NCBI RefSeq assembly: GCF_006345805.1
Contig: NC_043011.1
Span: 14,768,464-14,832,463, forward strand
Direction: 5' to 3'
Origin: Octopus sinensis
Lineage: Eukaryota
Length of the DNA stretch: 64,000 nucleotides
Part shown: positions 1-13,747 of the stretch, piece by piece
How positions within the stretch are numbered: the first letter of the stretch is position 1
Layout of the letters: every line of letters begins with the position of its first letter
The notes under the pieces: model-generated
Told to the model about the DNA's origin: nothing
Seen by the model: the letters and a program-made list of their open reading frames with translations, nothing else
The model's database searches: none
Made by a program: the position numbers and the translations under genes

Positions 1-318
1 CTCGCGGTTTCGATTTCCAGACCGGGCGTTGTGAGTGTTTATTGAGCGAAAATACCTAAAGCTCCACGTGGTTCCAGCAGGGGTGGGTGGCGAACCCTGC
101 TGTACTCTTTCTCTCACTCTTTCTTTCTGTTGTACCTGTATTTCAAAGGGCCAGCCTTGTCATACTCTACGTCACACTGAATCTGCCCAAGAACTACGTT
201 AAGGGTACACGTGTCTGTGGAGTGCTCAGCCACTACTTGCACGTTAATTTCACAAGTAGGCTGTTCCGTTGGTCGGATCAACTGGAACCCTCGTGGTCGA
301 AACCGATAGAATGCCACT
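1..318 (+). mobile_element. tRNA-headed SINE, family A (octopus OR-type-like), 5' end cut by the window edge
   Basis: B-box-like GGTTTCGATTTCC followed by a body (ttgtgagtgtttattgagcgaaaa..cctaaagctccacg) shared with copies at 20185-20478, 40205-40520 and 51020-51290. Confidence 0.8.
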
Positions 319-540
319 TGTTGAACTTCAAAATCCAATATTTAACTAATCAATATTACCAAGTTCTTTAGTTAATCAATGTTCTCGAGAACATAAAGAA
401 ATTGTTGATTGGGGTAGGTAATATACTCATTTTTATTTTCGTTTAGCAATTTTAAGAAACCAAAGGGGGAGTCTCTATGTAATCGGCAGACTTGCTGGAA
501 ACAACAGCTAATTCTCCTTGGTGTCTTCAAAAGTTAAGAA

Positions 541-585
<45 letters not shown>

Positions 586-732
586 GTCGCAATTAGCAAT
601 GTATCTGTCCACGGGTCTTCTGCTATTTCATACTAATCAACAAAATGATCGACAGTCACAATGGTGATCAGTTCCAAGTGGATCGATTCCTCGGACCACT
701 TTCGACTGCCGACTGAATCTAGTTCAGTTAAA

Positions 733-885
733 CAGGAACATGACTAGTGGTTAAAAAGTTGATTTATTTACCACACCGTTCCCTGTTCGACACATTGGGT
801 AAGTGTCCGTTGTAACTGGGATCCGAATACAAATCGTTGGATACTCGGTCAGACACCACGAGTGAACCACTAGTTTCATGTGATC
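733..885 (+). mobile_element. Highly decayed CORE-type SINE fragment
   Basis: catgactagtggttaaaaagttg..ccacaccgttccctgttcga..cattgggtaagtgtc aligns loosely by eye to the head and ccttgggcaagtgtc core of the intact copy at 5529. Confidence 0.4.
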
Positions 886-899
886 GGTCTATAAATCGA

Positions 900-1330
900 C
901 CAGTCTGCGTGAGGCTGTGACGTGATGTGTCCTGCGATTTAACCTCTTGTCCCCTTTAAAATCCGTTTTGGCGCTTTAAGTATTCGCAGAGTGTTGAAGG
1001 GCGGCTGACTGATTGATTTGTCTCCTATCTTACCATACAGACGGTTCTGGATATTTGAGTAGACAACTCCAGGTTCTCATAAGTAATTTCTACGGACGCG
1101 GCGTAGTTTTTTTTTCTCTCTCTCTCTCTCTCTCTCCTTCCCATTCGGCAATTATTAATGTTTTTCATTGTAATTGGCCAACACCAAATATCATTATGAC
1201 CAACAATAAATATCAAGTTGAATGTTAGTGAGTTTGCTTCAGATATTATTCAGATTACACTACACAATATTAACGAAGCCGTTCAATTTAGAAGTGGCGA
1301 CGTATACTTCTGAAGTACACCGTCATTAAC
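900..1330 (-). promoter_or_regulatory. CpG-rich putative promoter and first exon (ending ATG|GTAAG at 1034) of a neighbouring minus-strand gene
   Basis: Unique CpG-rich sequence in an otherwise CpG-poor window; minus strand reads ...CTGTATG|GTAAGAT at 1036-1027; CCAAT on minus near 1173-1177. Confidence 0.3.
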
Positions 1331-1367
1331 CAGTTCGACTCACCAACAAGTAAGACCACGCTATAAC

Positions 1368-1594
1368 GGCGAGCTGGCAGAATCGTTAGCACGCCGGGCG
1401 AAATGCGTAGCCGTATTTCGTCTGTCGTTACGTTGTGAGTTCAAATTCCGCCGAGGTCGACTTTGCCTTTCATCCTTTCGGGGTCGATAAATAAAGTACC
1501 AGTTGCGCACTGGGGTCGATATAATCGACTTAATCCCTTTGTCTGTCCTTGTTTGTCCCCTCTATGTTTAGCCCCTTGTGGGCAATAAAGAAAT
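1368..1594 (+). mobile_element. tRNA-headed SINE, family B (Meta-domain-like central motif), young copy
   Basis: ggcgagctggcagaatcgttagc..gagttcaaattcc head plus gtcgactttgcctttcatcctttcggggtcgataaa..gtaccag motif; near-identical copies at 20544, 23923, 59808 and 60457. Confidence 0.9.
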
Positions 1595-1599
1595 ATATA

Positions 1600-2890
1600 A
1601 TACGACAGAGGGCTGAAAAGTTCATAGGTTATCTGAAAGAGTGATTGCTAGAGCTGTGAAATCTTGCATATGTTAATTTAAACTCTCATTATTAATAACT
1701 ATATTGTTTCTTTCCAGGTAAACTGATATCTGACTGTCTGAAGAAGACTTCAATAGTAACTGGTACGACTTCTCTTGAAGATAGACAAAATTTGGGATCG
1801 TGGTGTTATCATGTACCTGCAGGAAAATGGTTTAACTCCCTAGGGAATTCATACTGACATAGTTGCTACATTAGGGGATGATGTTCCAGTTTTATAAACA
1901 GTGCAAAGATGGGGAGCAGAACTTAGGAGAGAAAGGGATAATCTTGAAGATGACCCAAAGTCTGGACGTCTTACTACTTCCGCCACCGAGGATAAAACTG
2001 ATCATGTTCACCGTATGATGAATAACAGACAATTGACTATAAATCAAATAGCCAATGCTTCTAGCATACCCTGTGAAAGTGTTGAGAATTGGTACCCTAG
2101 CATACCCTGTGAAAGTGTTGGTATTATGAAGGTTTCTATTTGGTGGGTTCCACGTCTTCTGACACCTGATCAAAAGCGCACCAGGTTGATCCCATCACGG
2201 CAAAATATGACATTATTTCAGGGAGATTCGGCTGGTTTCCTTGAACGTTTCCTAAGTCGGAACGAGTGTTGGGTTCATCACTTTGAGATAGAGACAAAGA
2301 GACAATCCATGCAGTGGAAACAACTTCAAAACATCTCTCCAGACAAGGGCAAAATCGTTTCATCTGTAGGGACGGTGACGCCTTCGGTTTTTGTGGATGC
2401 AGAAGGAATTGTGTTGATTGACTATCTTCAAACGGACCACACCATTAATGGAGAGTGCTATGCCAACTTGCCGAGTTAATTACGAAAGGCAATCAAGACC
2501 AAACGCTCAGAAAAACTGACGAAAGTGATCTTGCTTCACCTGGACAATGCTCCAACACATACGTCCTTGATTCCAATGGCTGCTATGCGTGACTGCGATT
2601 TTTGAACTAGTTGATCACCCATCCTATTCACCTGATTTCGCCCCACCTGACTATCATCTGTTCTTTAACACGCAAAAACACTTGACTAGGAACCAGTATC
2701 GCAGTGATGATGACGTCATATCTGATGTTGACATTTTTAGCCAACGGAATGAAATCTTCTTTGCCAACAGGATAAAAATGCTTCAACACCGATCGAAGAA
2801 ATGTGTAGACCGCAAGGGGGACTATGTTGAACAATAAACCTCATTTGGTCACATTTCATGAGAGTATTTTGGTCAGCCAATGAACTTTGC
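1600..2890 (+). mobile_element. Mariner (DD34D) DNA transposon, pseudogenised
   Basis: ORF 1901-2479 and following frames give WVPRLL, NECWVHHF (TGDETW-like), LHLDNAPTH and HPSYSPDFAPPDYHLF; left TIR tacgacagagggctgaaaagttcatagg, partial right TIR gccaatgaacttt; stops present. Confidence 0.93.
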
Positions 2891-3174
2891 ATGATTGAGA
2901 GCTAGCGGTCTGTGAGGCTCCTCTCTGCATCAGACACAACTCATTTTCAGCAACGTAAAATGAAGTGCCTTGCTCAAGGACAAAATGCATGTTTGTCAGT
3001 TCAATAGTCTTATCACAAGGCTAAAATTTAGACACTTTATTTTTAGTGACATTTAATTCTATGCTAAGAGTAATTTGATCCAATGTGTAAGCATCTATGT
3101 GGTCTGTTAGATCTGTTAGCAAAAGCAGTCAAACCGTGCTCAATTCATACCCATCTGTTTTAAAAATAAAGACA

Positions 3175-5406
3175 TTAACCCTTGGTCTACCAGAGAAATG
3201 CATGTCACTAATTACCAACTGGGTCCAATGGACCCAATATTTTTCTTTTAATTAAATTTTATTCAAACTACCACTACTTCTTATCTACATTATATGCGCT
3301 ATCAGGTGAAATGAAGAATTACTGTTTCTTACAAATTATAATGAAAAAAAAAATACAGCTTACAGAATATATTATAAATTTTAAAAATTACAGCTCTCCA
3401 TGGCAGTGAATGTTGACAACATTGGAATGTTCTTGGCAAATATGGATATTACAATTCTTACATGTAGTACAAGTTTTATTGTCTTTTTTTTTTTTTTGGT
3501 GTGTGGGGGATCACACAAAGATCATCTTCCTTTTTCTTTGGCTGAGGAATCGTAAATGCAGTTGAAGATCGTCTTCTTTTCTTGTTTTGGTTGAGAAATG
3601 TTCGCGGAACTAGAAAATTGTTTGTCATGTTCTTGTTTAGCATTAACTCCGGCAAGTTCCTTTCCTAACTGAATTAGGCACTGTCTTCTTTTATCCTTGA
3701 AATTTGCAAGGGAAGCTGTTTAGCAACAATGAAATCATTCACTGCATTTATATCAATCATGTTGTAGAATATAACCATAGGCCATCTTCGAGTCATTCTT
3801 TCACAAGTGTATGTCCTCACCATCTTATCTACGGTATCTGTTCCTCCTTTTGTTTTGTTGTAACATGTAATATCTTCAGATTTCTTTTCATCTCTTTTTG
3901 AATCAATTGAAGGCTGAGAGTGCATTGTATTCATAAGTGTGACTACATAATTTTTCTTGGGACAATAAGATATGATCATAGAATCCTTTTGAAATCCAAA
4001 TATTGTACTGTTGATTTCTCTTTCTTTTCCATTTGTGAAATCACTTGGAAGTTCAACTCTGTTCGTTCTAATTGCTCCAACTAAAATAGTTTTCTTGCTA
4101 AGCAGCTTTTGAGCCAATCTTAGACTTGTAAAAAAATTATCACAAGTTATATTGCGACCTGTATTTTCAAGTTCTTTTACTAGGTCTTCAACAACTTTTG
4201 AACCTTGATTAGTCTCTCTCCTTTTTACTGAGACTTTTTCAGTGTAGATTTATATTTTCCCTCTGAATGAAACTAATTGTTCATCAGTTGTCATGCATTA
4301 ACTTGGAACATATCCATCTTGCAAATTCTGATTCTACATTTCAAATACTTCTTTTATGAGCTCCAATTTATCATCACTTTTCTTTTTTCTTCTTATACTA
4401 GCATCATCAAAATGCAAAACTAGTAAAATCTGTTGAAATCTTCCCCAGCTTATAATTTTGCTGAATATTGGGCAGCCATCTTCTTGACCCTCAACATTTG
4501 TCCATGGTGCATGAAGATAGCAAAACATGTTTCAATTCTATTGCAAGACCTTTTAGCAAAACAAGATGGTCCACATTCTTGGCGCACAATATTGCAAGAT
4601 GAAATTCTTACTGCTGCTTGAGTAAGAGGGTTAGAATACCAAACTTCTTGTCTGTCTCTAGAAACATATCACTCATTCATAATTGGGTGGCTTGCAGATA
4701 ACATTTTTTTTGAGTATCTTCATCTGATGACACAAAACCTAAACTGTCCAGCACACAATCACTTTTATCATCATCTTCAGAGCAATAGAAGGAATCACTA
4801 CTATCTTCTTTCCATTCTTCATCTAATTCCAATAACCTTTTCGATATTTGGTCTTCACTCAACTGAACTACATGAAACTTGATAGCAGACTAAAGGCAGA
4901 TATTGCTCTCTCGAATATTTATACTCTCCTGAAAGATGATGCAATATATTGTAAGAATTGAATCATCACAGAAATACTGTGTCACCCTATAACCTAGCAG
5001 ATTGAAGGTGATGCAATGTCACATAAATTTACAGGAATATTTTTCTAATTTTTCCTGTTTTATCTAAAATTCAGTAAATAAATTGAATACAAATTTTATC
5101 TATTTTATATCTGATAAATATCTAGGAAAATAATATTTGATACTGCTTTTATTCAGTTTAGAATGACAAGAATAGTGTCTGAATTTAATTTGAGGATTCA
5201 ATGGACCCACATGGTAATTAATGTATGAAGTGAAATTTTCTAGCTTTTATAAGCACATGGAAAATTTCCCATTTGACAAATAAAAGAGAGTCAAGAAAAA
5301 ATAAGGGTCACAAGAAATCAGCAGATCAAATAATAAAAACAGTAGGAAAAAGCAACTGTAAAAACTGAAATGGGTCAATAGGACCCCTTGGTAGACAGAA
5401 GGTTAA
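3175..5406 (-). mobile_element. piggyBac-family DNA transposon, full length but decayed (PGBD4-like transposase)
   Basis: TTAA at 3175-3178 and 5403-5406 with imperfect TIRs CCCTTGGTCTACCAG / CCTTCTGTCTACCAA; minus-strand fragments with an acidic N-terminus, TTDEQL, ITCDNFFTS, VGAIRTNR, YNKTKGGTDTVD, TRRWPM and a C-terminal Cys-rich domain (CTTCKNCNIHICQEH). Confidence 0.93.
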
Positions 5407-5528
5407 ACGATATAGTTCTACAAGTAGGATTATACTGTTTAGAACATGTGTTATCTTCCTGCTCCATTAAGAGATGAGCTTGGGATAAACCACTCTAAAG
5501 CTAAAAATGTTTATAAAGTGTTTTAAAC

Positions 5529-5694
5529 AGGCGCAGGAGTGGCTGTGTGGTAAGTAGCTTGTTTACCAACCACATGGTTCCGAGTTCAGTCCCACTGCAT
5601 GGCACCTTGGGCAAGTGTCTTCTACTATAGCCTCGGGCCGACCAAAGCCTTGTGAGTGGATTTGGTAGACGGAAACTGAAAGAAGCCCGTTGTA

Positions 5695-5768
<74 letters not shown>

Positions 5769-5950
5769 CATGTATATTTGTGTGTCTGTGTTTGTCCCCC
5801 AAGCATTGCTTGACAACCGATGCTGGTGTGTTTATGTCCCCGTCACTTAGCGGTTCAGCAAAAGAGACTGATAGAATAAGTACTGGGCTTATTAAAGGCA
5901 GTGCTCCAGCATGGCCGCAGTCAAAATGACTGAAACAAGTAAAAAGAGAA
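5529..5950 (+). mobile_element. CORE-type tRNA SINE, family C (octopus OR2-like), with internal (TA)n/(TG)n
   Basis: aggcgcaggagtggctgtgtggtaag head, ccttgggcaagtgtc CORE-like motif, tail tcaaaatgactgaaacaagtaaaaga; many copies in the window. Confidence 0.9.
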
Positions 5951-7369
5951 AAAAAGAGAAAAGAGTGTTTATTCAGCTGACAGAAAAGAGAATAAAACAA
6001 GAGACTGGTGAAAATCGAACCAACGTCTCTAATATTAACACTGACATATTTAGCCATCTGACAATATTTGTATATTCTATATACTCTAGTGAATAAATAC
6101 AGCAATACAAAGACAAAGGGGATGCCATCTGCAAGATTAACATTTTACTATTTTTTTTGTCATTTGCTTTGTATACCAAAACAAACACCCTGCTTACAAA
6201 GTATAAACACATTTACACTTCCAATTGTCAAATATCACACGCATCCTTCAGCTATTCTAAAAATAATCTACATTTGATGCTCTCTTAAAATAATGATTTC
6301 TGATATAAGCTGAAGGTAGAATCAATCTGCAGTATATTTCTGGCTCTGATTTTATTGATTTTGAACTGATAGAAGACAACATTGATTTTGGAGCAATTTG
6401 AACTGAGAATGTTATGGTGTGAGGTTAAATACTGTATTAGAATAATCATATGAAATATTCTGGGATGCCTATGACAAGAAAACTTAATGGTAAAGGGTTT
6501 ATTGATGTAGGAATCGAAGAAATTTTAATGAAGGTAATAAAGGTAGTCCTCAATTGTGAGAGCAATCTTTTTCTAAATGACTAACTTTGATATAAAATAT
6601 AAACAAAAACAAGAAACCCAAAGGCGAGGGAAGACAATCCCAGAAATTTGCATTAAAATTATTTTAACATGGAATGCAAAAGTAGAGGGTCTAATCTGTA
6701 TTTGTCTAGTGTTCAAGGTTTTGCAAACTTGGTGCCCAAACACTTATAAAATTCCTGTGAAATTGTTATGAATTCATCGAATATTACTTTCACCTGAATG
6801 GGTATCCTGTTTAATTTCGTTTAAATTCTCATTCAGTAAAGGAATAAATTTCTGTAAAGTTGTAGGATACTCTGGTTTCAGAATGTTGATACATCATTTT
6901 GGTATATATTTTATCAAGAACACTTTGGAGACAAAATGGTAATTTGTTCATATGTCGTGATTCCCATTTGGTGCTTGTGTTATAGAAATGTGACTGAAGG
7001 CTGTTTACGTCAGCCAGCGCATGTGCTATAGCAACCTATACAGGGTCAATACTGCAAACTAAGAAACACCTGTCAATTTTTGTAGCACTATGACAAAAGT
7101 ATACAACTTTCTTGCATGCATCTTCTGGGCAACAAAGTCTGTACAGCTGTTAAGAGTTCAGAACCTTGAATACTGACACGTCTTGAAACAGATAGCTGGA
7201 TATGAACCATGGACTCATCAGTTGGTAGTTAGAACCCTATGCAGACTTTCAAAAAATCTCTAGTATAAAGAGCAAGAAAAAATTTGTACTTGTTAATAAT
7301 AACAATTTTGTTTGAATGCTCATATTTTCTTTATAATTTGGTCTTCTTTTCAGATAAAACAACAAAAAA

Positions 7370-10291
7370 TATAAAGAAAAATCTTTTATTTGAAACAATA
7401 AGAAATTAAATCTAAATTTATTTCACATGTGCTATACAAACAAAGAAATAGCTGATTATTTTATTCTATTAGCTCAGTTTTTAAGTTTAAAAAAATAGCA
7501 TAAATAAAAGAGTTGCTGCAACAAGATTTCAGAGATCATTGGTTGAATGTCACCCTTAATGTCTATTTAACAGGAACATCTCTTTAGATGGGGGTGGAGT
7601 CAATAAATAATGCTTCCCCTTTCTGATTTATTTGTAAAGCATGTTTAGAGGAATGTAAATTAACTGCAATAATTAGCTTGTGGTATTATTCATAGCATGC
7701 TTTTATAGAGGAAATTTACACCTGACAAACACTCAGTTGAAGACTGTAAGTGATCCAATTAAATTGGTAGGCATCAAAATAATAATAATAAAGGTTATCC
7801 ATAAATATTATATTTCTTCTGCAGCAGTATATTTCAGTATATCTCTAATGAGAGAAAAGTTTAAACCTACAGCTATACACAGATAATGATGTAAGCGTGA
7901 AAAATATTTTTAGTATCAACTATTTTGGCCCTTAAATCCCGATATTATTACTATTTAGAATATTTTAATTGTAACCATTATCTCAATTTCAAAGAATAAT
8001 TGCCCAAAACTCCCCTATTGATAATAGCACATTTTTCTTTGATTTTATGCTGCACTAAAAGATCAGCTATTGAAGAATTGTAGAGAAGTTGTGTGTGGTT
8101 ACATACTGGCAAAGTGAAAACACATAAAACAGTTTGAGAAACAATCTGAAAAGGGACAGACTAGGATTACTATTGGTGGTACTAGTGCAAAGAACAGCAA
8201 TACATATTTGCAAACTTGTTGCCATTTTGAGCCTTGTTATATGTTAGGCAAAACAATGCCTGTTTCTAGATCCCTTTGCATTTAGTATGTATTTTGGATG
8301 TTCATGCATATGTGAGTGATGTATGTGTGTGGATGTATATGTGTGTATGTATCTGTGAGGCAGAAAATATTGATAAAGAGTACAAGAAGAATAAGTTTTA
8401 TTACTCCATAATAATATGATTTATTGCTATTTATGCGTCATGTGGCAACATCAATATATTTAGCTCAGAACATCATCATCATCATCATCATCATCATTTT
8501 CATCATCATCATTGTCAATAATATAGATTTAAAAAATTAAAAATAAAGAGAGCTGTGACAAACATTCTGATTTTTGTTGACATCATAATTAAGACCAAAT
8601 TTTATTTTCATAAGATTAAAACAAAATGGCAAAATATACTATAAGATCTTGATTAAAGCGAAATAAATGAATAAATAAATAAAAAAAAAAACATTGTAGT
8701 TTGCAAAAAATTAAAACAAAATTAATAAGCTGCAGGCACTCACTATTTTGTACAATATCTTCATTTTCATCCTGTTGCATCAGAAAACTAAAATCGTGCA
8801 CACATTTAGCTTTGAAAATCTTGTTTGAAAGAATCTTAGAAGAAAAACTTTCCATCTGTTGCCTTTATGACTCATTCAAGATATTCCAAATATTCAGTAG
8901 AAATTTTAGGATGTTTTTCTTTCAAAGAGTTGTTCTTAGTATATCTGTCCATAAATATACATTCTCACACATGTGAATATTTTGGGAAATATATTTCAGT
9001 TCCAAACGAAAAATCTTAAGAAATACATGATGACACTTACAAGAACCTTGAGAGTAAACAGCTGAAAATGTACATCAATTTCAACAAAGAGGGAAGAAGT
9101 GACAGGTGAAGAAGACCTACTAGCAAATGCATCATTGGGATTTAATATTTTGTAATTATCATTTCAACATAATTTATGATCATCATTGATCTTATTACAC
9201 CTATTGACCATTCAACACTAATTGTATGAATGAAATAAATGATAAAAGAAACTGAAGCCTTTATATTATTTCAACTAAAACGAAAACAAAGTTACTATAT
9301 GATTTGGTCCCATGTAACAATAAAGTGTTTATCTTATATAATTTAAACATACAAAACCACATGACAATTTAACCTTAATTTTAAGAACAACAGCCAAAGC
9401 TCTTTGGATCAGATTGAATTTGAATGTAGCAGATTAAAAAAATAAAAATGAAAAAAAAAATGTGAAAGAAACAAGTTTGTATATCTATAACTTCTAATGT
9501 TATGTCAAGCAACATATCTTCAGTCAATAATCGGGAAGCAAAAGAATATGTACTCTTGGGTAGTTGAATGAAAAAGAAAGGAGAAAATTTACATGATTTT
9601 ATTTTTGTTTGATTTTTGTTTTCATTTAAAAAATAAAACAAAAGATTGAGCAGATATTACTAGCTTTTTTTCCTTTTTTTTTAAAAAAAAAAATCATTTT
9701 TACACATTTAAGCAGCGGGAAATTCTAAAATTTCTAGTGCAATTTATTATTAACACAACCACAAAACTGTGTTTTTCAACTGCTTCACTGAAAATTTTAG
9801 AAATATTCCTGAAAAGAATAGTGAAAGAAGGAAGGAGAGACAAAGAATGAAAAAAAAAACAAAAAAAAAATAGAAGAATATCAAGGACAGAAATGCAAAT
9901 ATTATCTTTCTGAGGAAGTTTTAAGTTTCTCAGAGACACCATGTTTACTTGGGACAGATAGCTGTTCTCTAAGAAAACAACGTCTTTCGAGTGCAGACAC
10001 AAGCTATTTCAAAAATGTGTTTCCTCAAGCAGGGTCCCAAATCTGTCAGAGATCTGATATTCGGCTGGGCAAGTCCCAGGTATGTCATATAGTCTATATT
10101 CACTAAGGCAGAGTCCCCAGTTTCAGAATTACTATCAAATACTCCTCTTCCACATTCTAATAGTTATCAATAGTAAATGTTGTAGTGATAACAAAAATAA
10201 GTTGTCATTGAGAATGCCTGTGAGAAACTATATTTATACATCACACTACAGAGTACATTCCAAAGAGAATGTAGACAAAAAGGTTAAAAAG

Positions 10292-10324
<33 letters not shown>

Positions 10325-10382
10325 TATATATTTATAAATTATATATTACATATATAATTATACACACACACACATATACACA

Positions 10383-10461
<79 letters not shown>

Positions 10462-10780
10462 GCATACATATAGATATGTATGTATATATGCATCTATGTA
10501 TGTGTATATGTATGTATATGTAAACAGGTAACTGTGATTCATAAATGTACCATTTCTATTTTCATGCAGTTATAATATTAAGCATAGAAAGATGTACTCG
10601 TGTGTATGTACAAACATACATACATGCAGCCATACAGTTGCCAATATATACATACAGTAAGTGTGAAGTTAGATCTATTTGTTATACAAATCAGATATAG
10701 ATGAAATTTTCTGATCTAATAACAATGTATATTACATATTTTCCTTTTCTTAATAGACTTGCAATATAACATATGATATA

Positions 10781-10818
<38 letters not shown>

Positions 10819-11087
10819 CATACACACACATATACACATACATATGTGTATATATATATATATATATACATACATACACACACATATACACATACATATG
10901 TGTATATATATATATATATATACATATATATATACACATATATATATGAATATTTATATTGATATATTTACATGTATATATATATAAGTATATACTTACA
11001 TATATATACATGCATGGTATATGCAAGTATGTATGTATATATATGAATGTATGTATATATATATATAAATATATACATGAATATATA

Positions 11088-11128
<41 letters not shown>

Positions 11129-12206
11129 TACTGAGCAGGAAATGCTACTCTCAACTGGAAATGGAAGCTCCTTTAAATTATTTTATTTTAATTTTTGAAT
11201 TTCCAAGAAATGCAAAAAGAAATCTTAAATTAAGAGAAAACATTTGGAGGTGAATTATTTTTAGAGAACTCATGAAATGAACTAAAATTCAGTATTAAAC
11301 AAAGAAAAAACATCTTGGCAGAAGTAAATTGAAGAGAATCTATGATAGCTTCATAAATTAAGCTGTATACATACATTAAGAGTCGTATGTTATATTTCTA
11401 TCATTGGATAAGCAATATCTCCATATGTTGACTATATGTCTGGATTATACATATGTATAATGCATGTATGTGTGTATATATATATTGTATCTTAAGTAGA
11501 TGAATACAAAATGCCTGCATGTGGGAAGATATTAAAAGGCATTTTTGTAACTCCTATAGGATTACAAAATATTTTTTAAAGCCATCGATAAGATTAAACT
11601 CACCTCCACAAGTAGTAAAGCAATTTGATTTTAGTGGTGAAACAATGTGGAATAAATTGGAAAGGGGGATTGGTCAAAACATTTACAAAGCAGAAAATTA
11701 AAAGGAAAGTTAAACAGTGTACTCTGAGTCTGAATGTATTTCTATATCTCTCTCTTTCTCTAGACATCATACTCATCATCTAACAACAACTGTATCAAAC
11801 TAAAACCTAGTTTCAAGCAAAGATGAATAGCCAATTTCCCTGAATGAGCCAGACTTCATATATCGTTCTTGGCTTGATCAGTGTCAGCAATAAAAGAAAA
11901 GGAACAGGCTGTGAGAAAAAACAAATATTTCCTTCCACACTGTCTTTCTCTCCTATCCTGTTTTCCTCTCTCGTAATAATTTTCAATAACTCATATCAAT
12001 GTAACACTCACTATGTAGCCTTCCAAATTAAAGAAAATAAAAAAAAATAAATGAAAATGAACGCAAAATGCTAACAGGCATTTGTATTTGCATGTTGTTG
12101 TTTGCACATAGTACATATAGATATATCCTTAAATATGTGTATACACATGTGTACATGTATACACCTACTGTCATATAATTAAGTACACACAAACATACGC
12201 ATACAG

Positions 12207-12237
<31 letters not shown>

Positions 12238-12608
12238 TATATATACACATATATATATATAAATGTGAATATATATATGCATATATATATTTATATTTAT
12301 GTATATTTATAAATGTAAATATATATATATGCATATGTATATTTATATCTATGTATGTTTATAAATGTAAATATATATATATATATTTATATATATTTAT
12401 CAAAAGAAAAACAGGTGATAAATATACCCTATCACCTACACCACTAACTGGCATATACAGGTGCTTGAAGTTATCAAGTATTCACCCTGAATTTATATAT
12501 ATATATATATATATATATATGTTATATATATATGTACATGTGAATAAATATAGATATACATATATGAATATGAATATATGTGTATTTATACATATACATA
12601 CAAATGTA

Positions 12609-12659
<51 letters not shown>

Positions 12660-13145
12660 GTACATACACCTTTTACTTTAAAACATGGAAGAATATTACA
12701 TAAAAATAAAGTAAATCAATTGTTTTTCTTGCTTATAAAATGTAAGAGTATTTGTAAAACAATGACATTTAACTATAGGCGAAGGGAAAAAGTAGCAATA
12801 CCAGTGGTGGTTGGTAGTAGTTATTGATACAGTCACTGTTATAGGAAATATTCTGGCAGGGTGTTAATAATTTTAAAAGATCAGAGCTTGTGAGTATTTC
12901 AGATAGTTTGTGGTGATTTGATGGTGATTTCCTAGGTAACTTGCTCAGTTTTCATTCTCACTGCAGCCAATTCATCCTGCACAGTAGTTTTTTTTTTAGT
13001 TGTTTGTTTGAATTTTTTATTAAATTTTTTTTTTACTTTATATACACTCAGACATATTCATTCACTCGACTGTTTTTTGTTTTCACTTTGGTCCTTAATT
13101 CATCTGCTAAAACCCAGCCATTCCCTTGTTTTAAGCACCTACAAA
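7370..13145 (-). other. Possible long 3' UTR of the Ig-domain gene
   Basis: Downstream of the stop at 13146; U-rich on minus, poor in recognisable SINEs, AATAAA on minus at about 7385-7390 and 7417-7422; the end point is inferred only. Confidence 0.25.
10290..11125. repeat. Compound (TA)n/(CATA)n microsatellite tract, representative of many in the window (e.g. 13590-13815, 17130-18020, 31830-32130, 46560-46876, 56430-56760)
   Basis: Seen directly; source of the IYIY/YTHI ORFs. Confidence 0.95.
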
Positions 13146-13234
13146 TCAGTTGGTCAGAATCTTAGCAGTTAAAGTTAGCAGTGCTGTGAAAAGGAATTCT
13201 TGATATTGCCTACTCGAAGCAGAAGACCATTGTT
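13146..13234 (-). CDS. Ig-superfamily gene, last coding exon: (K)QWSSASSRQYQEFLFTALLTLTAKILTN*, GPI-signal-like tail
   Basis: Polypyrimidine tract plus cag acceptor at 13235-13237; phase 1 matches the preceding exon; TGA at 13148-13146; small residues then a short hydrophobic stretch. Confidence 0.8.
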
Positions 13235-13617
13235 CTGTAAAATAAAATAAAAGAAAAAAAAAAGAAAAAGAAAGAAGATTAGTCAACGTAAATGACAAAA
13301 TATTGAAGTATTTAACAATAAAATAAAGCTGGGATAATGAGGGATAATATATTTATAATACAACAGTTTTCTGATCGAAATGCTAGATTGAAATAAATAT
13401 ATTTAATAACTGGAATTGTAAATTTTTAAAAACAATATATCACTAAGTCGTAAGCTCCATGAATTTTTAAACATTCTTCTTGTATGTTAATAGAATGTAT
13501 GTAAATGAAGGAACATTTAATTATTATGGTTAAGTTGGAAGATAATTCTAGAAAATTAAAATCTAAACACTTGTACGCTTGTACCTATATATATATATAT
13601 GTCTATATATACATATT

Positions 13618-13747
<130 letters not shown>

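Noticed and set aside
737-882. Structured ncRNA suggested by complementarity acatgactagtggtt / aaccactagtttcatgt
   Set aside because: It overlaps a decayed SINE, and I found no 7SK, RNase P/MRP or telomerase signature; a single helix is insufficient.
5501-6105. Recurrent peptide SFRLPNPLTRLWSARGYSRRHLPKVP in several ORFs
   Set aside because: It is the antisense reading of SINE family C, not a protein family.
8616-8976. Overlapping ORFs as a small gene
   Set aside because: No recognisable domain or supporting splice structure; AT-rich and probably within the 3' UTR or intergenic DNA.
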